DNA of 64,000 nt from Candidatus Sulfomarinibacteraceae bacterium (GCA_963796455.1 CAWCLO010000003.1:1-64000), one strand, 5' to 3'. Positions 31,435-42,190 are shown, counted from the stretch's first letter. Notes: generated by a model from the letters alone, not told the origin. Numbers and translations: made by a program.

Positions 31435-34123
31435 ATGGCATCCAGGTTCAATCACAGATTTTTGGTTCGGGTCGCTCCGGTAGCAGCCGCTGTCATTTTG
31501 ATGGCAACGGCCGGTTACGCGCAGGACCCGGTGGAGTTCGACTTCGAGGTGACCGGGACCGCAGTCCCCGGCGGTACGGTACAGATCGCCGCGGAAATCA
31601 CCATCAACGACGAATCGACCCTGCAATCCTATTCGTGGATGCAGGTGGGCGGCGCCGATGTGGGGCTCAGCGGGACCACAACCAAGACGGTCACCGTGAT
31701 GTTGCCCGTCGAAGGCGTCTACAAGGACTACCTGATCCACGTGCTCATGGAGCCGCCGATCACCGAGGACCAGTTCCCGCCAAACGTGCCCGTGCCAGAG
31801 GGCGAATTCCATGGCGGGCTCCAGGACCGATTCCAGGTGGTCGGCGCCGACCCCTTTGCGCTGGAACACACCGCGGCCACCGTTCTCGAACTCGAGGTCA
31901 CCACGACTTCCGGCACCTACCACGGCGAAGCCCACGTCAATACAGCGATCCCGTGGAAGGTCTCGACCGGCCTGCTCAACGTCCCGATCGGAGCGCCGGT
32001 GCTGCTCCACGGCAAAGACCAGGACAGCTACGACTGGACCCTCTCGGGCCCCGGCGGTTCGGGATCCTCTCTCAAGGACGACTCGACCCAGAACCCCGAG
32101 TTCGTGCCGGATGTTTCCGGCCATTACGTGGTTGAAGTGACCGACGGTGACAGCAAGGAACTGTTGACCATGTCGGTCTATGCCGGCACATGGCTCGGTG
32201 TGATCGTCGGTCAGGACGAGGATGGTCGACCCGTTTCCGACAGCGCGTGCTTGGGGTGCCACAACGACAAGGTCGCCGAGGACACCTTTGCGCTGTGGTC
32301 CCAGACCGGCCACGCCGAGATCCTGACCAACAACCTCAACACCAGCACCCACTACGGTGAAAACTGTTTTGCCTGCCACACCGTCGGCTTCGACCACACC
32401 GCCGACAACGACGGGATCGACGAGGCAAGCGACTACCAGGCCTTCCTCGATTCCGGGCTGATCAACAACCCCGGCGACAACTGGACGATGATGCTCGAAC
32501 AGTATCCGCACTCGGCCCGCAAGGCCAACATCCAGTGTGAGAACTGCCACGGCCCGCAGACGGGCGGCGCCCACCTGCCGGCAGACCCCGATGGCACACC
32601 TCGGGTGAGCCTGTCATCCGACGTCTGCGCAACCTGCCACGGCGAGCCCCTGCGACACGCCCGCTTCCAGCAGTGGCAGCTCAGTCCCCACGCCAACTAC
32701 GAGCTGGCGATCGACGAGAGCTCCAGCGGCAGCTGCTCGCGCTGCCACACGGGCAATGGCTTCTTGGCATGGCTGCCGGTCTTGACCGGTGAGGAACCGG
32801 GCGACCCGCTCGACAACGTCGAAGTCACCTGGACCGAGGATGAGGCCCATCCTCAGACCTGCCAGACCTGTCACGATCCGCATGCGATCGGATCCACGAC
32901 CGGCACCAGCACCAACGCAACGGTTCGGATCAGCGGCGACACGCCACCGCTCATCGCCGGGTTCACCGCAACCGACGTCGGCCGCGGCGCCATCTGCATG
33001 ACCTGTCATAACAGCCGCCGAGGCCTCCGCAACGACGACACCTTCAACGATTTCTACGGCACCTCGGAGGCCGCACGTGCACCCCACGGCGGTGTTCAGG
33101 CCGATGTGTTAATGGGGCAAAACGCCTATATCGTCGACGTCGGGCAGCGCGCCAATCACTCGCTGACCGCGAATGTCCAGGACACCTGCGTCACCTGCCA
33201 CATGGAGGAGACAGAGCCACCGCCGGATCTGGCCTATAACAAAGGCGGAACCAACCATACTTTCTACGCCTCGAAGGACATCTGTCAGAACTGCCACGAG
33301 AATCTGGATGCGTCCACGATCCAGGGTCCGATCGAAGAACAGATGAACGAGCTCAAAGCGATGGTCGAGAACGGTCTTTATGACCTGATCGACCAACAGA
33401 CCGAAGCGGGGAATTCCATCGACGTCAACGGCAACGCGATGATCACCGACGCAAGTCAGATCGCCGCCATCGATTTCGGCGAGACCCGGGGCCGCCAGGC
33501 AATGGCCATCGACTTTCACCGACGGTACGTCGGTCGGGTTGACCCGTATGACTGATATCGACGTCGTACCGCCGGCTGGTTCATCGTTCCCCATCTACAA
33601 CGTCGCCAACCCATTCCTCATCAAGGCGGGGTGGAACTGGAACACTCCTGCATACAATGATGGCAGCCTCGGCGTCCACAATCCCCTCTTTGCCTTCGAC
33701 ATCCTCAGCCAATCGATGGACGCGCTGACCAGCGGGCTCGAGCCCTGCGCTCCGGACGCCGACACCATGTGTCTCCAGGGTGGACGTTTCAAGGTCGAGG
33801 TGTCCTGGATGGATCACCAGGGCAACACCGGATCGGGCGCGGTCACGGAATGCGGGTCGGACGACTCGGGCATCTTCTACTTCTTCAATGAGCAGAATTG
33901 GGAAATGCTCGTCAAGGTCCTCGACGGTTGCGCCAACAACGACCACTACTGGGTCTTTTACGCGGCAACCACCAACGTCCAGTTCACGACCAGGGTGACC
34001 GACACCCTGACCGGCATGGTCAAGACCTATGGCAAGAGCGGAGTGAGCATCGACTACGACAATCCGCTCGGTCAATCGGCAGATGCGGTAACGGATACCA
34101 CTGCCTTCGCGACCTGCCCATAA
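31435..34123 (+). CDS. Secreted nonaheme cytochrome c fused to an unannotated C-terminal domain; frameshift near 33511
   Basis: Nine CxxCH motifs; GGAGG RBS; the frame shifts at ATCGACTTTCACC into ORF 33539-34123 (KAGWN...GVHNP, then CLQGGRFKVEVSW...NWEMLVKVLDGC). Confidence 0.85.
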
Positions 34124-34139
34124 AACCAACTCCAAACCG

Positions 34140-34171
34140 AAAAAGCCGCCGCAAGGCGGCTTTTTCTTTTT
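34140..34171 (+). terminator. Intrinsic terminator
   Basis: AAAAGCCGCC-GCAA-GGCGGCTTTTT. Confidence 0.9.
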
Positions 34172-34293
34172 GTGAGGTGGCGCTACCGAGCAGTCCGATG
34201 GAGACCATGGACCCAGGCAACCGGCATTTTTTGCGGTGCCCGTTGGTTGTCAGAACGGTGGCGTCGATTTCCGATCGATCTCAAAGGAAGAAA

Positions 34294-36138
34294 ATGAGCA
34301 CAGATCCCGGCCTCAAACCGACAACCCGCGACCGCAGCAAAATCTCCACCGAGTGGACCTGGGACCTCAGTCACATCTATGCCGACTGGGCGAGCTGGGA
34401 ATCAGATCTTGACCGTCTCCAGCAAATGATGGGGGCCTACCAGGATCTCAAAGGCACCCTCGCGGAAGGATCTCAGAGAATCCTCGAGGCGAGCCGAATG
34501 TCCGATGAGCTCGGCCAACTCGCGTACCGGGTCTATCAATATCCCGGTCTGATGCAGAGCCAGGACACCCGCGACAACACGGTCCAGGGCCGCCTCGAAC
34601 AGGTTCGCCTGGCATTGGCCGCGTTCCGGCAGGCGACCGCGTGGTACACACCCGAGTTGCTCGAGATCTCCGAGGAGACCATGGCGGGCTGGCTCGACGA
34701 CACACCGGATCTCGCTCCCTACCGATTCGGTATCGAGGAGAGCTACCGGATGCAGAACCACGTCCTCGACGAGGATGGCGAACGGCTGCTCGCTTTTGCC
34801 TCGACCTTCAACGGCACGCCATCGCAGACCTACTCGATGCTGGCTGATGCCGACGTCAGCTTCCCCACCGTCACGCTTTCAGACGGCAGCGAGCTGGTGG
34901 CGAGCCACGCCAACTACTCCAACGGCCTGCACTCACTGCGCAAGCAGGAGGATCGGGAGACCCTCTTCAAGGCCCACTTTTCGGTCTTCGACGATTTTCC
35001 CAACGCCTATGCCGCAATCTACAACGGAATCCTGCAACGAGACTGGTTCACCGCCCGCGCCCGGCGCTATGAATCGGCTCTCGATGCAAAACTCGACGAC
35101 GACAATATCCCGCTATCGGTTGTCGAGAACCTGATCACGACCGCCCGTTCAGGACACCAACCTCTTCGTCGGTATCATCAGCTGCGTAAAAAAACACTGA
35201 GCCTCCAGCAATACCGCTACTTCGACGCCTACCTGCCGTTGGTCGAGTCGGACTGGCCGCTGCCCTATGGCGCCGTCGGCGAAATCCTCGTTCAGTCGTT
35301 GGCGGTGTTCGGTACGGATTATCAGCACACCGTCGAGCGCGCCTTCGACGAGCGCTGGATCGATGTTTATGAAAATGAGGGCAAACGTTCGGGAGCGTTT
35401 TCGGCCGGAGTTTACGGCGTCCACCCCTACATGCTGCTCAACTATGCCGACACCTTGAACGACGCCTTCACCGTCGCCCACGAGATGGGCCACACCATGC
35501 ACACCGTACTTTCGAATGAGACTCAGCCCTTCGCCACTTCCTCGTACTCGATCTTTGTCGCCGAGGTGGCCTCGATGACCAACGAGTCCTTCTTCCGCGA
35601 CCGTCTGTTGGCCGAAGAATCGGATCCGCTCCGCCGCATCGCGCTGTTGCAACACGCCATCGACGACATCGCCGCCGGGTTTTATCGGCAGGCGATGTTT
35701 GCCGATTTCGAACTGCGCGCCCACCAGGAGGTCGAGGAGGGCCGCCCGATCACCGCGGAAGTTCTGCAATCCACCTATCTCGGTGTGCTCGAGGGCTTTT
35801 TTGGTGACGCGCTCGACGATCAGGAGTGGTACCGCAATACCTGGGCCAGAATCCCCCACTTCTTCGGTTCGCCGTATTACGTGTTCCAGTACGCGACCTC
35901 GAAGGCGGCGGCGAGCCTGCTCCATCAGCGAATGACCAGTGGCAGTGAGGCCTCGCGGGCGACGACCGTTGACTCCTACCTTGATCTCCTGCGATCCGGC
36001 GGCAACGACCACCCCGTCAATCAGCTGCAAAAGGCCGGTGTCGACATGAACACCACCGAGCCCACCGAGGCCCTCGTGGCCGAGATGGACGGGTTGGTCA
36101 ATCAGTTGGAGGAGGAGTTGGGGAAGCTCGAAGGTTGA
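34294..36138 (+). CDS. pepF: Oligoendopeptidase F (M3B)
   Basis: WDLSHIY, GKRSGAF, HEMGH, AEVAS and WARIPHF motifs. Confidence 0.95.
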   Translation: MSTDPGLKPTTRDRSKISTEWTWDLSHIYADWASWESDLDRLQQMMGAYQDLKGTLAEGSQRILEASRMSDELGQLAYRVYQYPGLMQSQDTRDNTVQGRLEQVRLALAAFRQATAWYTPELLEISEETMAGWLDDTPDLAPYRFGIEESYRMQNHVLDEDGERLLAFASTFNGTPSQTYSMLADADVSFPTVTLSDGSELVASHANYSNGLHSLRKQEDRETLFKAHFSVFDDFPNAYAAIYNGILQRDWFTARARRYESALDAKLDDDNIPLSVVENLITTARSGHQPLRRYHQLRKKTLSLQQYRYFDAYLPLVESDWPLPYGAVGEILVQSLAVFGTDYQHTVERAFDERWIDVYENEGKRSGAFSAGVYGVHPYMLLNYADTLNDAFTVAHEMGHTMHTVLSNETQPFATSSYSIFVAEVASMTNESFFRDRLLAEESDPLRRIALLQHAIDDIAAGFYRQAMFADFELRAHQEVEEGRPITAEVLQSTYLGVLEGFFGDALDDQEWYRNTWARIPHFFGSPYYVFQYATSKAAASLLHQRMTSGSEASRATTVDSYLDLLRSGGNDHPVNQLQKAGVDMNTTEPTEALVAEMDGLVNQLEEELGKLEG

Positions 36139-36204
36139 TGCAGGACGCAGGACGCAGGACGCAGGACGCAGGATGCTGGATGCTGGATGCTGGATGCTGG
36201 ATGC
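36137..36204 (+). repeat. Heptamer array (GCAGGAC)4-GCAGGAT-(GCTGGAT)4 starting at the pepF stop
   Basis: Read directly; the unit drifts along the array. Confidence 0.95.
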
Positions 36205-36274
36205 GCCAAAGGCGACTATTCCTGTCCCTCCCCCGTCAATCTGGGGGGTGGGGGGCGGATCCAGTATCGAGTAT

Positions 36275-37137
36275 CACTGCTGTCCAAAACAGATCGTCAC
36301 CTGAAGTTACCCACCTGACAACACGTGGTTTACGGGTTGGTTTTTGGCATATCCGGTTCGCGGTTGGCACGTACCCGTTCCCGATCCCGAATTGCAGCGG
36401 CAGCGACAGTGTCCAGCGTCAGCGACAGGCAACAGCGAACAGGGACAGCGGTCAGTGTTCAGCGACGGAGAGCAGCGGCAGCGGTCAGGAGTACAGGCGA
36501 CGAAGTGGCCACCACCGGGTCGTTCAACAGAAGAGGTAGCCGGTGGGCGGCCGATGTCAAGGACAGGCAGGGTGCAGGGCATCCTTGACATCGGCCACCA
36601 CACCGGCTTGTGGGTATGGGCATGAACGACCCGGAGGTGACCATGTCCTCAGCCGCCACGAACACCAAACTCGTTGCCCACTCGAAAGCACTCGAAGCCG
36701 CAGGAATCGCGATCAAGCTCGTGATGAGGGTTCCAGCTCCTCTGAAGTCGATAGCCGATCAGGTGATCCGGTCGGCAAGTTCGCTCCCTGCGAATCTGGC
36801 AGAAGGGCACGGCCGGTTCGGTAGAGACCGGTCGAACCACTGGAGGATCGCCTACGCCTCGGCCAAAGAGGTCGACAGCCACTTGCAGCTTCTCGCTCAC
36901 GCCGGGGCGATCAGCCCGACATGGAGCCAGTAGAGCGATGAACGCCTTTGATCAGGTGCGTGCAATGACTTGGAGATTGCTCAACCCGAAGTCTTGATTT
37001 CAGGGCCCCATGCCAGTCAAACGTGACGCTGACTTCTGTTCGCTGACGCTGAACACTGATTGCTGTTCCCTGTCCCTGACGCTGATCGCTGTCGCCGTCC
37101 CTGAACGCCAGCCGAGACTCTGTCTTGGACAAGAGTG
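36275..37137 (+). mobile_element. Copy B (fullest, 863 bp) of the CACT...AGTG-ended element carrying a four-helix-bundle gene
   Basis: Left CACTGCTGTCCAAAACAGA and right TCTGTCTTGGACAAGAGTG are inverted; inner CAGCG-rich and GCTG-rich tracts are complementary; embedded in an ATCYAGY heptamer tract. Confidence 0.8.
36643..36997 (+). CDS. Four-helix-bundle protein (IVP/23S-IVS/bAvd-like family), +1 frameshift near 36919
   Basis: GGAGG RBS; DQVIRSASSLPANLAEG...IAYASAKEV signature; the last helix (FDQVRAMTWRLLNPKS*) is in the next frame. Confidence 0.88.
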
Positions 37138-37173
37138 ATCTAGTATCCAGGATCCAGCATCCGGAACCAGAAG

Positions 37174-38346
37174 CTATTTCTGCTTGTGCTTCCGCGTGCC
37201 TTCGTACATCTCGAACTTGAGCAAGCGGCACTCGATGGGGCCGTTCCACAACGGGATGCGGCGGGCCGGTTTGAGACCGATGCTCTTGGCCAGACGCGGT
37301 TCGCCGGCGAGGATCCAGGCGGTGGCTCCGGTCGCCTGGTTTTTGAGGCTGTCACCAAAACGGCGGTACAGCCCAAAAAGCTTTTCCACCTCGCTGATCC
37401 GTTTCCCGTAGGGGGGATTGGCGACGATCACGCCACCCGAGCCCCAGGGCAGCTGCAGATCCAACGCGTCGCGTTGCTCCAACTCCACCGCCCGTTCCAT
37501 CCAGGCCGCCTTGAGGTTTCGTTCGGTGGCGCGAAGCGAACGGGCGGCACGGTCGCGAGCCAGAATGGGTTGCGGCGCTTCGCGGTGGCCGTGACTCGCC
37601 TCTCGCGTCACCTCCTCGAAATTCAACAACTCGTGGACCTGCCAGCGTTCGAAGGCAAAGGCCCGATGCAGACCGGGAGGGGTCTTGGTTGCGATCAAGG
37701 CGCCTTCGACGGCAAAGGTCCCGGTGCCGCACATGGGATCGAGCAGCGGCTCGGAGCCATCGTAGCCCGCCATCAGGAGGATCCCGGCGGCCAGGGTCTC
37801 GGCCAGCGGGGCCGGGCCGCCGCGCGGGCGATATCCACGATGGGACAGGGGCTCACCCGAAGAATCCAGGCTCAGGGTGACCGGCCCACGCTCGGCGAGC
37901 CGAAGATGGATCCTGATATCCGGATCATCGCGATCCACATCCGGACGCCGACCCCCGTGTTTTGATCGCAGCCGGTCCACAACCGCATCCTTGACCACTT
38001 GACCTGCAAAGGTCGTGTTCCGGAACTCGCAGTGTTTTCCCACCACCTCGACGGCCAGGGTCTGGCCTTTTTTGAACACCTCTTCCCAGGCAACCGACGC
38101 CGCGAGATCGTAGAGGTCTTTTCTGGAGCCCACCGCCCCTTTGACGAGCGGTACCAGAATCCGCATGGCCGTACGAATTCGGAGATTGACCTGATAGACG
38201 GTTCGGAGATCACCCGCAAAACCGACCGAGCCCCGGTCGGGCGCCACCGCCGACACACCGAGGTCCCGCAACTCGTCCGCCAATACGCCTTCGAGGCCAC
38301 GTGCGCAAGTCGCCACGAGAGCCTGTTCGATACCGATCTTAATCAT
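37174..38346 (-). CDS. THUMP-domain RNA methyltransferase (RlmL/YpsC-like)
   Basis: LSHRGYR, APLAETLAA, DPMCGTGT and NPPYG motifs. Confidence 0.92.
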   Translation of the reverse strand: MIKIGIEQALVATCARGLEGVLADELRDLGVSAVAPDRGSVGFAGDLRTVYQVNLRIRTAMRILVPLVKGAVGSRKDLYDLAASVAWEEVFKKGQTLAVEVVGKHCEFRNTTFAGQVVKDAVVDRLRSKHGGRRPDVDRDDPDIRIHLRLAERGPVTLSLDSSGEPLSHRGYRPRGGPAPLAETLAAGILLMAGYDGSEPLLDPMCGTGTFAVEGALIATKTPPGLHRAFAFERWQVHELLNFEEVTREASHGHREAPQPILARDRAARSLRATERNLKAAWMERAVELEQRDALDLQLPWGSGGVIVANPPYGKRISEVEKLFGLYRRFGDSLKNQATGATAWILAGEPRLAKSIGLKPARRIPLWNGPIECRLLKFEMYEGTRKHKQK

Positions 38347-39385
38347 GGGCAATCCACTCCTCCGGCATCCCGGGAGCCTGTTGAACCAGAAACTCCGCAA
38401 GGAGACGACATCCGGTTTCGGTCAGATGGAGGCCGTCCATATAGGTCTGTTGTTCGGTCATTCGCAGATTGAGCAAATTCGTCCTGAAGTCGAAATACTC
38501 GACTCCCGCCTCGGCTATAATCGCCTCCCACACCTGTGTCAACTCGGGGTCATGGTACATCTCGAACGCGTGGGGGACGACGACGGTGGAAAATCTGGCG
38601 CCGCGGCTCTCCACCAGCGATTCCATCCGTTCGAGCAGACGGACGGCAACAAGCCTGGATTCCTCTTCCGCGATGCACCGGTCGCCGATCCAATTCGGCA
38701 GCCACTCGCTCCCCTGCGGACCCATGTGAAAGACATTCCAGGCCCAGGACCCGAGCGGGCTCGAATCGAGGTGGTTGCGAGCATCATTGGCCCTGATGGG
38801 AACCCCGGTGAGGGCAATCCCATCGCCGTCCGGCACGAAGAGCGGTTTACGTTTCCCCTCGCCGCGATTGCAGTTGATATTCCACAGATCATTGTCGGAA
38901 CAGACCACGAGAATGACCCACCTCAACTCAGGCAACAGATCCAAGCTCTGCTGCAAACGAATGTAGCTCTGGTCGGTGCCGTAGCCCGGCGCAGCGAGAT
39001 TCTGAACCTGGATTCCGCGCGGTTTGACCATTGTTTCCATCCAACCGGACGGGGTATCGCCGTTGCTGTGACCGAGCCCGAACGCCACCGAGTCGCCGAG
39101 CAGCGCGATGGTCGGAACGCCCGCCATCACCTCGGAGGATCGAAACCCCGACGAGTTGATTCGAACCTCTCCGTGACCGTGGGTGAAGTGGCCGGCGATG
39201 GGCGCCCACCCAAGCACGGGGTCAAAGCGAATTGCCGCGCCGTCGAGGATGCCCCCGTTTCGAATCCGAAACCAATGCACGCCCTCGATGACCGCGATGA
39301 CGAACACGAAAGAGAACACCGCAACCAGAAGAGAAAAGAGGAGCTTGAAGAGCTTCGACGAGAAGATACGCCGTGCAGTCACCAC
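38339..39385 (-). CDS. Membrane-anchored SGNH/GDSL hydrolase-like protein
   Basis: N-terminal TM; LGDSVAFG, GYGTDQ and DGLH motifs. Confidence 0.8.
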   Translation of the reverse strand: MVTARRIFSSKLFKLLFSLLVAVFSFVFVIAVIEGVHWFRIRNGGILDGAAIRFDPVLGWAPIAGHFTHGHGEVRINSSGFRSSEVMAGVPTIALLGDSVAFGLGHSNGDTPSGWMETMVKPRGIQVQNLAAPGYGTDQSYIRLQQSLDLLPELRWVILVVCSDNDLWNINCNRGEGKRKPLFVPDGDGIALTGVPIRANDARNHLDSSPLGSWAWNVFHMGPQGSEWLPNWIGDRCIAEEESRLVAVRLLERMESLVESRGARFSTVVVPHAFEMYHDPELTQVWEAIIAEAGVEYFDFRTNLLNLRMTEQQTYMDGLHLTETGCRLLAEFLVQQAPGMPEEWIAHD

Positions 39386-39766
39386 TCACCTTTCGATGAA
39401 CTCGATGGCGTAGCCATCCGGGTCCTTGACGAAGGCGATGACGGTGGTTCCGTGTTTCATCGGTCCCGGTTCGCGAGTCACCTCACCACCATACTCCCGT
39501 ACCCGGCCACAGGCGCCGACGATATCCTTGGCACCGATCGCAATGTGGCCGAAACCGGATCCGAGCTCGTAGCTCGAAGTCTCCCAGTTATGAGTCAACT
39601 CGATGACCGCGTTTGATTCTTCATCGCCGTATCCGACGAAGGCAAGGGTAAATTTGCCCTCGGGGTAGTCGTGTTTGCGCAACAGTTTCATCCCGAGCGC
39701 CTCGGTGTAGAAGGCGATCGATTTCTCCAAATCGCCGACTCGAATCATGGTGTGCAACAGCCTCAT
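39386..39766 (-). CDS. gloA: Lactoylglutathione lyase
   Basis: [25 protein letters not shown] and DPDGY.IE motifs. Confidence 0.96.
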   Translation of the reverse strand: MRLLHTMIRVGDLEKSIAFYTEALGMKLLRKHDYPEGKFTLAFVGYGDEESNAVIELTHNWETSSYELGSGFGHIAIGAKDIVGACGRVREYGGEVTREPGPMKHGTTVIAFVKDPDGYAIEFIER

Positions 39767-39840
39767 CGCATCCTCCTCAACCCAGATTTGAGATTCGCGT
39801 TGTGCTCCGGCCCACCGACCAGAGGGGCACGCACGGATTG

Positions 39841-39875
39841 AAACTCAAAACCCATAACTCATAACTCAAAACTCA
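39841..39875 (-). repeat. Heptamer array TGAGTTW x5 whose first unit is the pfkA stop codon
   Basis: Minus strand TGAGTTT TGAGTTA TGAGTTA TGGGTTT TGAGTTT. Confidence 0.9.
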
Positions 39876-41078
39876 ATAGTCGCTCGTCATGATAAACACC
39901 GGCGCACCCTCGAAGCGGGTGTATTTCGGACGCAGACGATCGGTGTTGTAAAACTTGCCGACATCCAGCACCTTTTTCCGACTCGTCACGACCTCGATCG
40001 GAACGTTGTCGTAGCGACCGTTGCGGATGTTGATCAACCGCCCGGCCTTTCCTTCGAGGATCAGATCCATCGCCAGGTTGCCAAAGGCCATCGGAACCAC
40101 CGAGTCGAGGGCATCCGGATCACCCGATCGCACCAGATAACCGAGGCGCTGGTTGATCACGTTGACCCGATGTCCGTTGTTGTACTTCGGAGAGATCTCC
40201 TTGAGCACCCGCGCCACCCGATCACCGATACCGCCGAGCTTTTTGTGGCCGAACATGTCTTTCTCGTGGTCCTCGAAGACCATGTCTCCCTGGCCCGTGA
40301 AGGTCGCGCCCTCAGAGACCAGCACGACGCTGTAGTTGGAGGAGTTCTTGTCACGGTCGTAGGACAGCATTTCGCAAAGGTGGTCGATGTCGAAAGTGTG
40401 CTCAGGAATCACGCAGCGGTTTCCGGCACCCGCCATGGTGGGCAGCAGCGCGGTGAAACCCGCGTAACGTCCAAAGACCTCGATCACGAGGAAGCGTTCG
40501 TGGCTGCCGGCCGAGGTCCGGAGCGCGTGTGTCATGGCGATCGTTCGAGTGACGCAGGTGGAAAAACCGATGCAGTAGTCGGTGCCCGGAACATCATTGT
40601 CCATGGTTTTCGGGATGGCGATGACCGGCACCCCTTTTTCATGCAAATGAACCCCATAGGACAGGGTGTCATCGCCACCGATCGGAATCAGGGTATCGAT
40701 CCCGAGGTGTTCGATATTGGCGAGCACTTCAGCTGTGAGATCGTTGGTTTCGCCCGTGAAACTGTCGCGGAGGTGATCTGGAACCGCCGTCTGCGGGACA
40801 TGTGAGGGCCGCGTCCGCGAGCTGTGGAGAAAGGTCCCGCCGGTGCGTCCGACCCGGTTGACGACCTCCTCGGTCAGATTCATGACAAAATCGGATCCAT
40901 TCTTCCGATCGCGGTCCATTTCGATCAATCCCGCCCAACCGCGGCGGATCCCGAGAACCCGGTAGCCCTCGCGGAGCGCACGAACGGTGACCGCACGGAT
41001 GGCAGGATTCAAACCGGGCACGTCGCCGCCACCGGTGAGGATGCCGATCGTTCCCTTGATTTTGTTGATGTTCGCCAT
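39873..41078 (-). CDS. pfkA: 6-phosphofructokinase, probably PPi-dependent
   Basis: TGGGDVPGLN, GGDDT and PKTMDND motifs. Confidence 0.92.
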   Translation of the reverse strand: MANINKIKGTIGILTGGGDVPGLNPAIRAVTVRALREGYRVLGIRRGWAGLIEMDRDRKNGSDFVMNLTEEVVNRVGRTGGTFLHSSRTRPSHVPQTAVPDHLRDSFTGETNDLTAEVLANIEHLGIDTLIPIGGDDTLSYGVHLHEKGVPVIAIPKTMDNDVPGTDYCIGFSTCVTRTIAMTHALRTSAGSHERFLVIEVFGRYAGFTALLPTMAGAGNRCVIPEHTFDIDHLCEMLSYDRDKNSSNYSVVLVSEGATFTGQGDMVFEDHEKDMFGHKKLGGIGDRVARVLKEISPKYNNGHRVNVINQRLGYLVRSGDPDALDSVVPMAFGNLAMDLILEGKAGRLINIRNGRYDNVPIEVVTSRKKVLDVGKFYNTDRLRPKYTRFEGAPVFIMTSDY

Positions 41079-41158
41079 AGATGAAGCTCTCCTTGATTGT
41101 GTTCACTGACTGAGAATCGCACTCGTTGGGTGCAGATCCCCGTAGGTTTCGAGAAATG

Positions 41159-42190
41159 TTAAACGACGACCCTCCAACGGACCATCTCGCCGGCGCGAAG
41201 CGGCACCAGGTCATCCTCACCGAAAGCATAAGCCTCCGGGACCAACCAATCCACTTTTTCGAGGGTGAGGTGGCCGTTGTTGCGCGGCAGGCCATAGAAG
41301 TCGGGCCCGAAATGAGAGGCAAAATCCTCGAGCCGATCGAGCGCCCCGGCCTCATCGAAGACCTCGGCGTAGAGCTCGATCGCCGCGTGTGCGGAGAAGA
41401 TGCCGGCGCACCCGTGGGCTGCCTCCTTGGCGACCCGAGGGTGGGGTGCGCTGTCGGTGCCGAGAAAAAAGCGCGGGCTGCCGCTCGTGGCCGCCCACAA
41501 CAGGGCCTCGCGGTGGCGGCCGCGTTTGAGCACCGGGAGACAGTAGTGGTGAGGAGAAAGGCCGCCCTGAAATATCGCGTTGCGATCATAAAGAAGATGG
41601 TGCGGCGTAATCGTCGCCGCCACCGAACTCGGGCCATGTAGTACCCATTCCACCGCATCACGGGTGGTGATGTGTTCGAAAACGATCTTCAAGCCGGGAA
41701 GCCGAGCAACCAATTTCTCGAGCGTTCGATCGATAAATACCTTCTCACGATCAAAGACATCGATCCCGGGATCAGTGGATTCGCCATGAACAAGCAAAGG
41801 AAGCCCGTGTTCAGCCATTGCCTCGAGCGCCGGCATGACGCGATCGATTTCGGTGACCCCGGAATCGGAATTCGTGGTGGCGCCAGCGGGGTAGAGCTTG
41901 ACTGCAACCACCACATCGCCTGCGGCCGCCTGATCGATTTCATCACGTGACGTCAGATCGGTGAGATACAGGGTCATCAGGGGACAAAAATCCGACCCCT
42001 CCGGCAGAAGGTCCAGAATTCGCCGCCGATACGCATCCGCGTCGGCGGTCGTTGTGATCGGCGGCACCAGGTTCGGCATGACCACGGCGCGGGCAAAGGA
42101 ACGGGCCGAGTGCGCGACGATATCTTTGGTTCCCACGCCGTCGCGCAGGTGCAGGTGCCAATCGTCCGGACGCCTGATTGTCAGTTTCAT
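41159..42190 (-). CDS. pyrC: Dihydroorotase (class II)
   Basis: [20 protein letters not shown] and GTDSAPH motifs. Confidence 0.96.
   Translation of the reverse strand: MKLTIRRPDDWHLHLRDGVGTKDIVAHSARSFARAVVMPNLVPPITTTADADAYRRRILDLLPEGSDFCPLMTLYLTDLTSRDEIDQAAAGDVVVAVKLYPAGATTNSDSGVTEIDRVMPALEAMAEHGLPLLVHGESTDPGIDVFDREKVFIDRTLEKLVARLPGLKIVFEHITTRDAVEWVLHGPSSVAATITPHHLLYDRNAIFQGGLSPHHYCLPVLKRGRHREALLWAATSGSPRFFLGTDSAPHPRVAKEAAHGCAGIFSAHAAIELYAEVFDEAGALDRLEDFASHFGPDFYGLPRNNGHLTLEKVDWLVPEAYAFGEDDLVPLRAGEMVRWRVVV

Noticed and set aside
36643..36997. 23S rRNA intervening sequence
   Set aside because: No rRNA sequence flanks the gene; no rRNA or tRNA was recognised anywhere in the window.
36275..37137. 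Diversity-generating retroelement
   Set aside because: Avd-like fold only; no reverse transcriptase and no TR/VR pair with adenine-specific mismatches seen.
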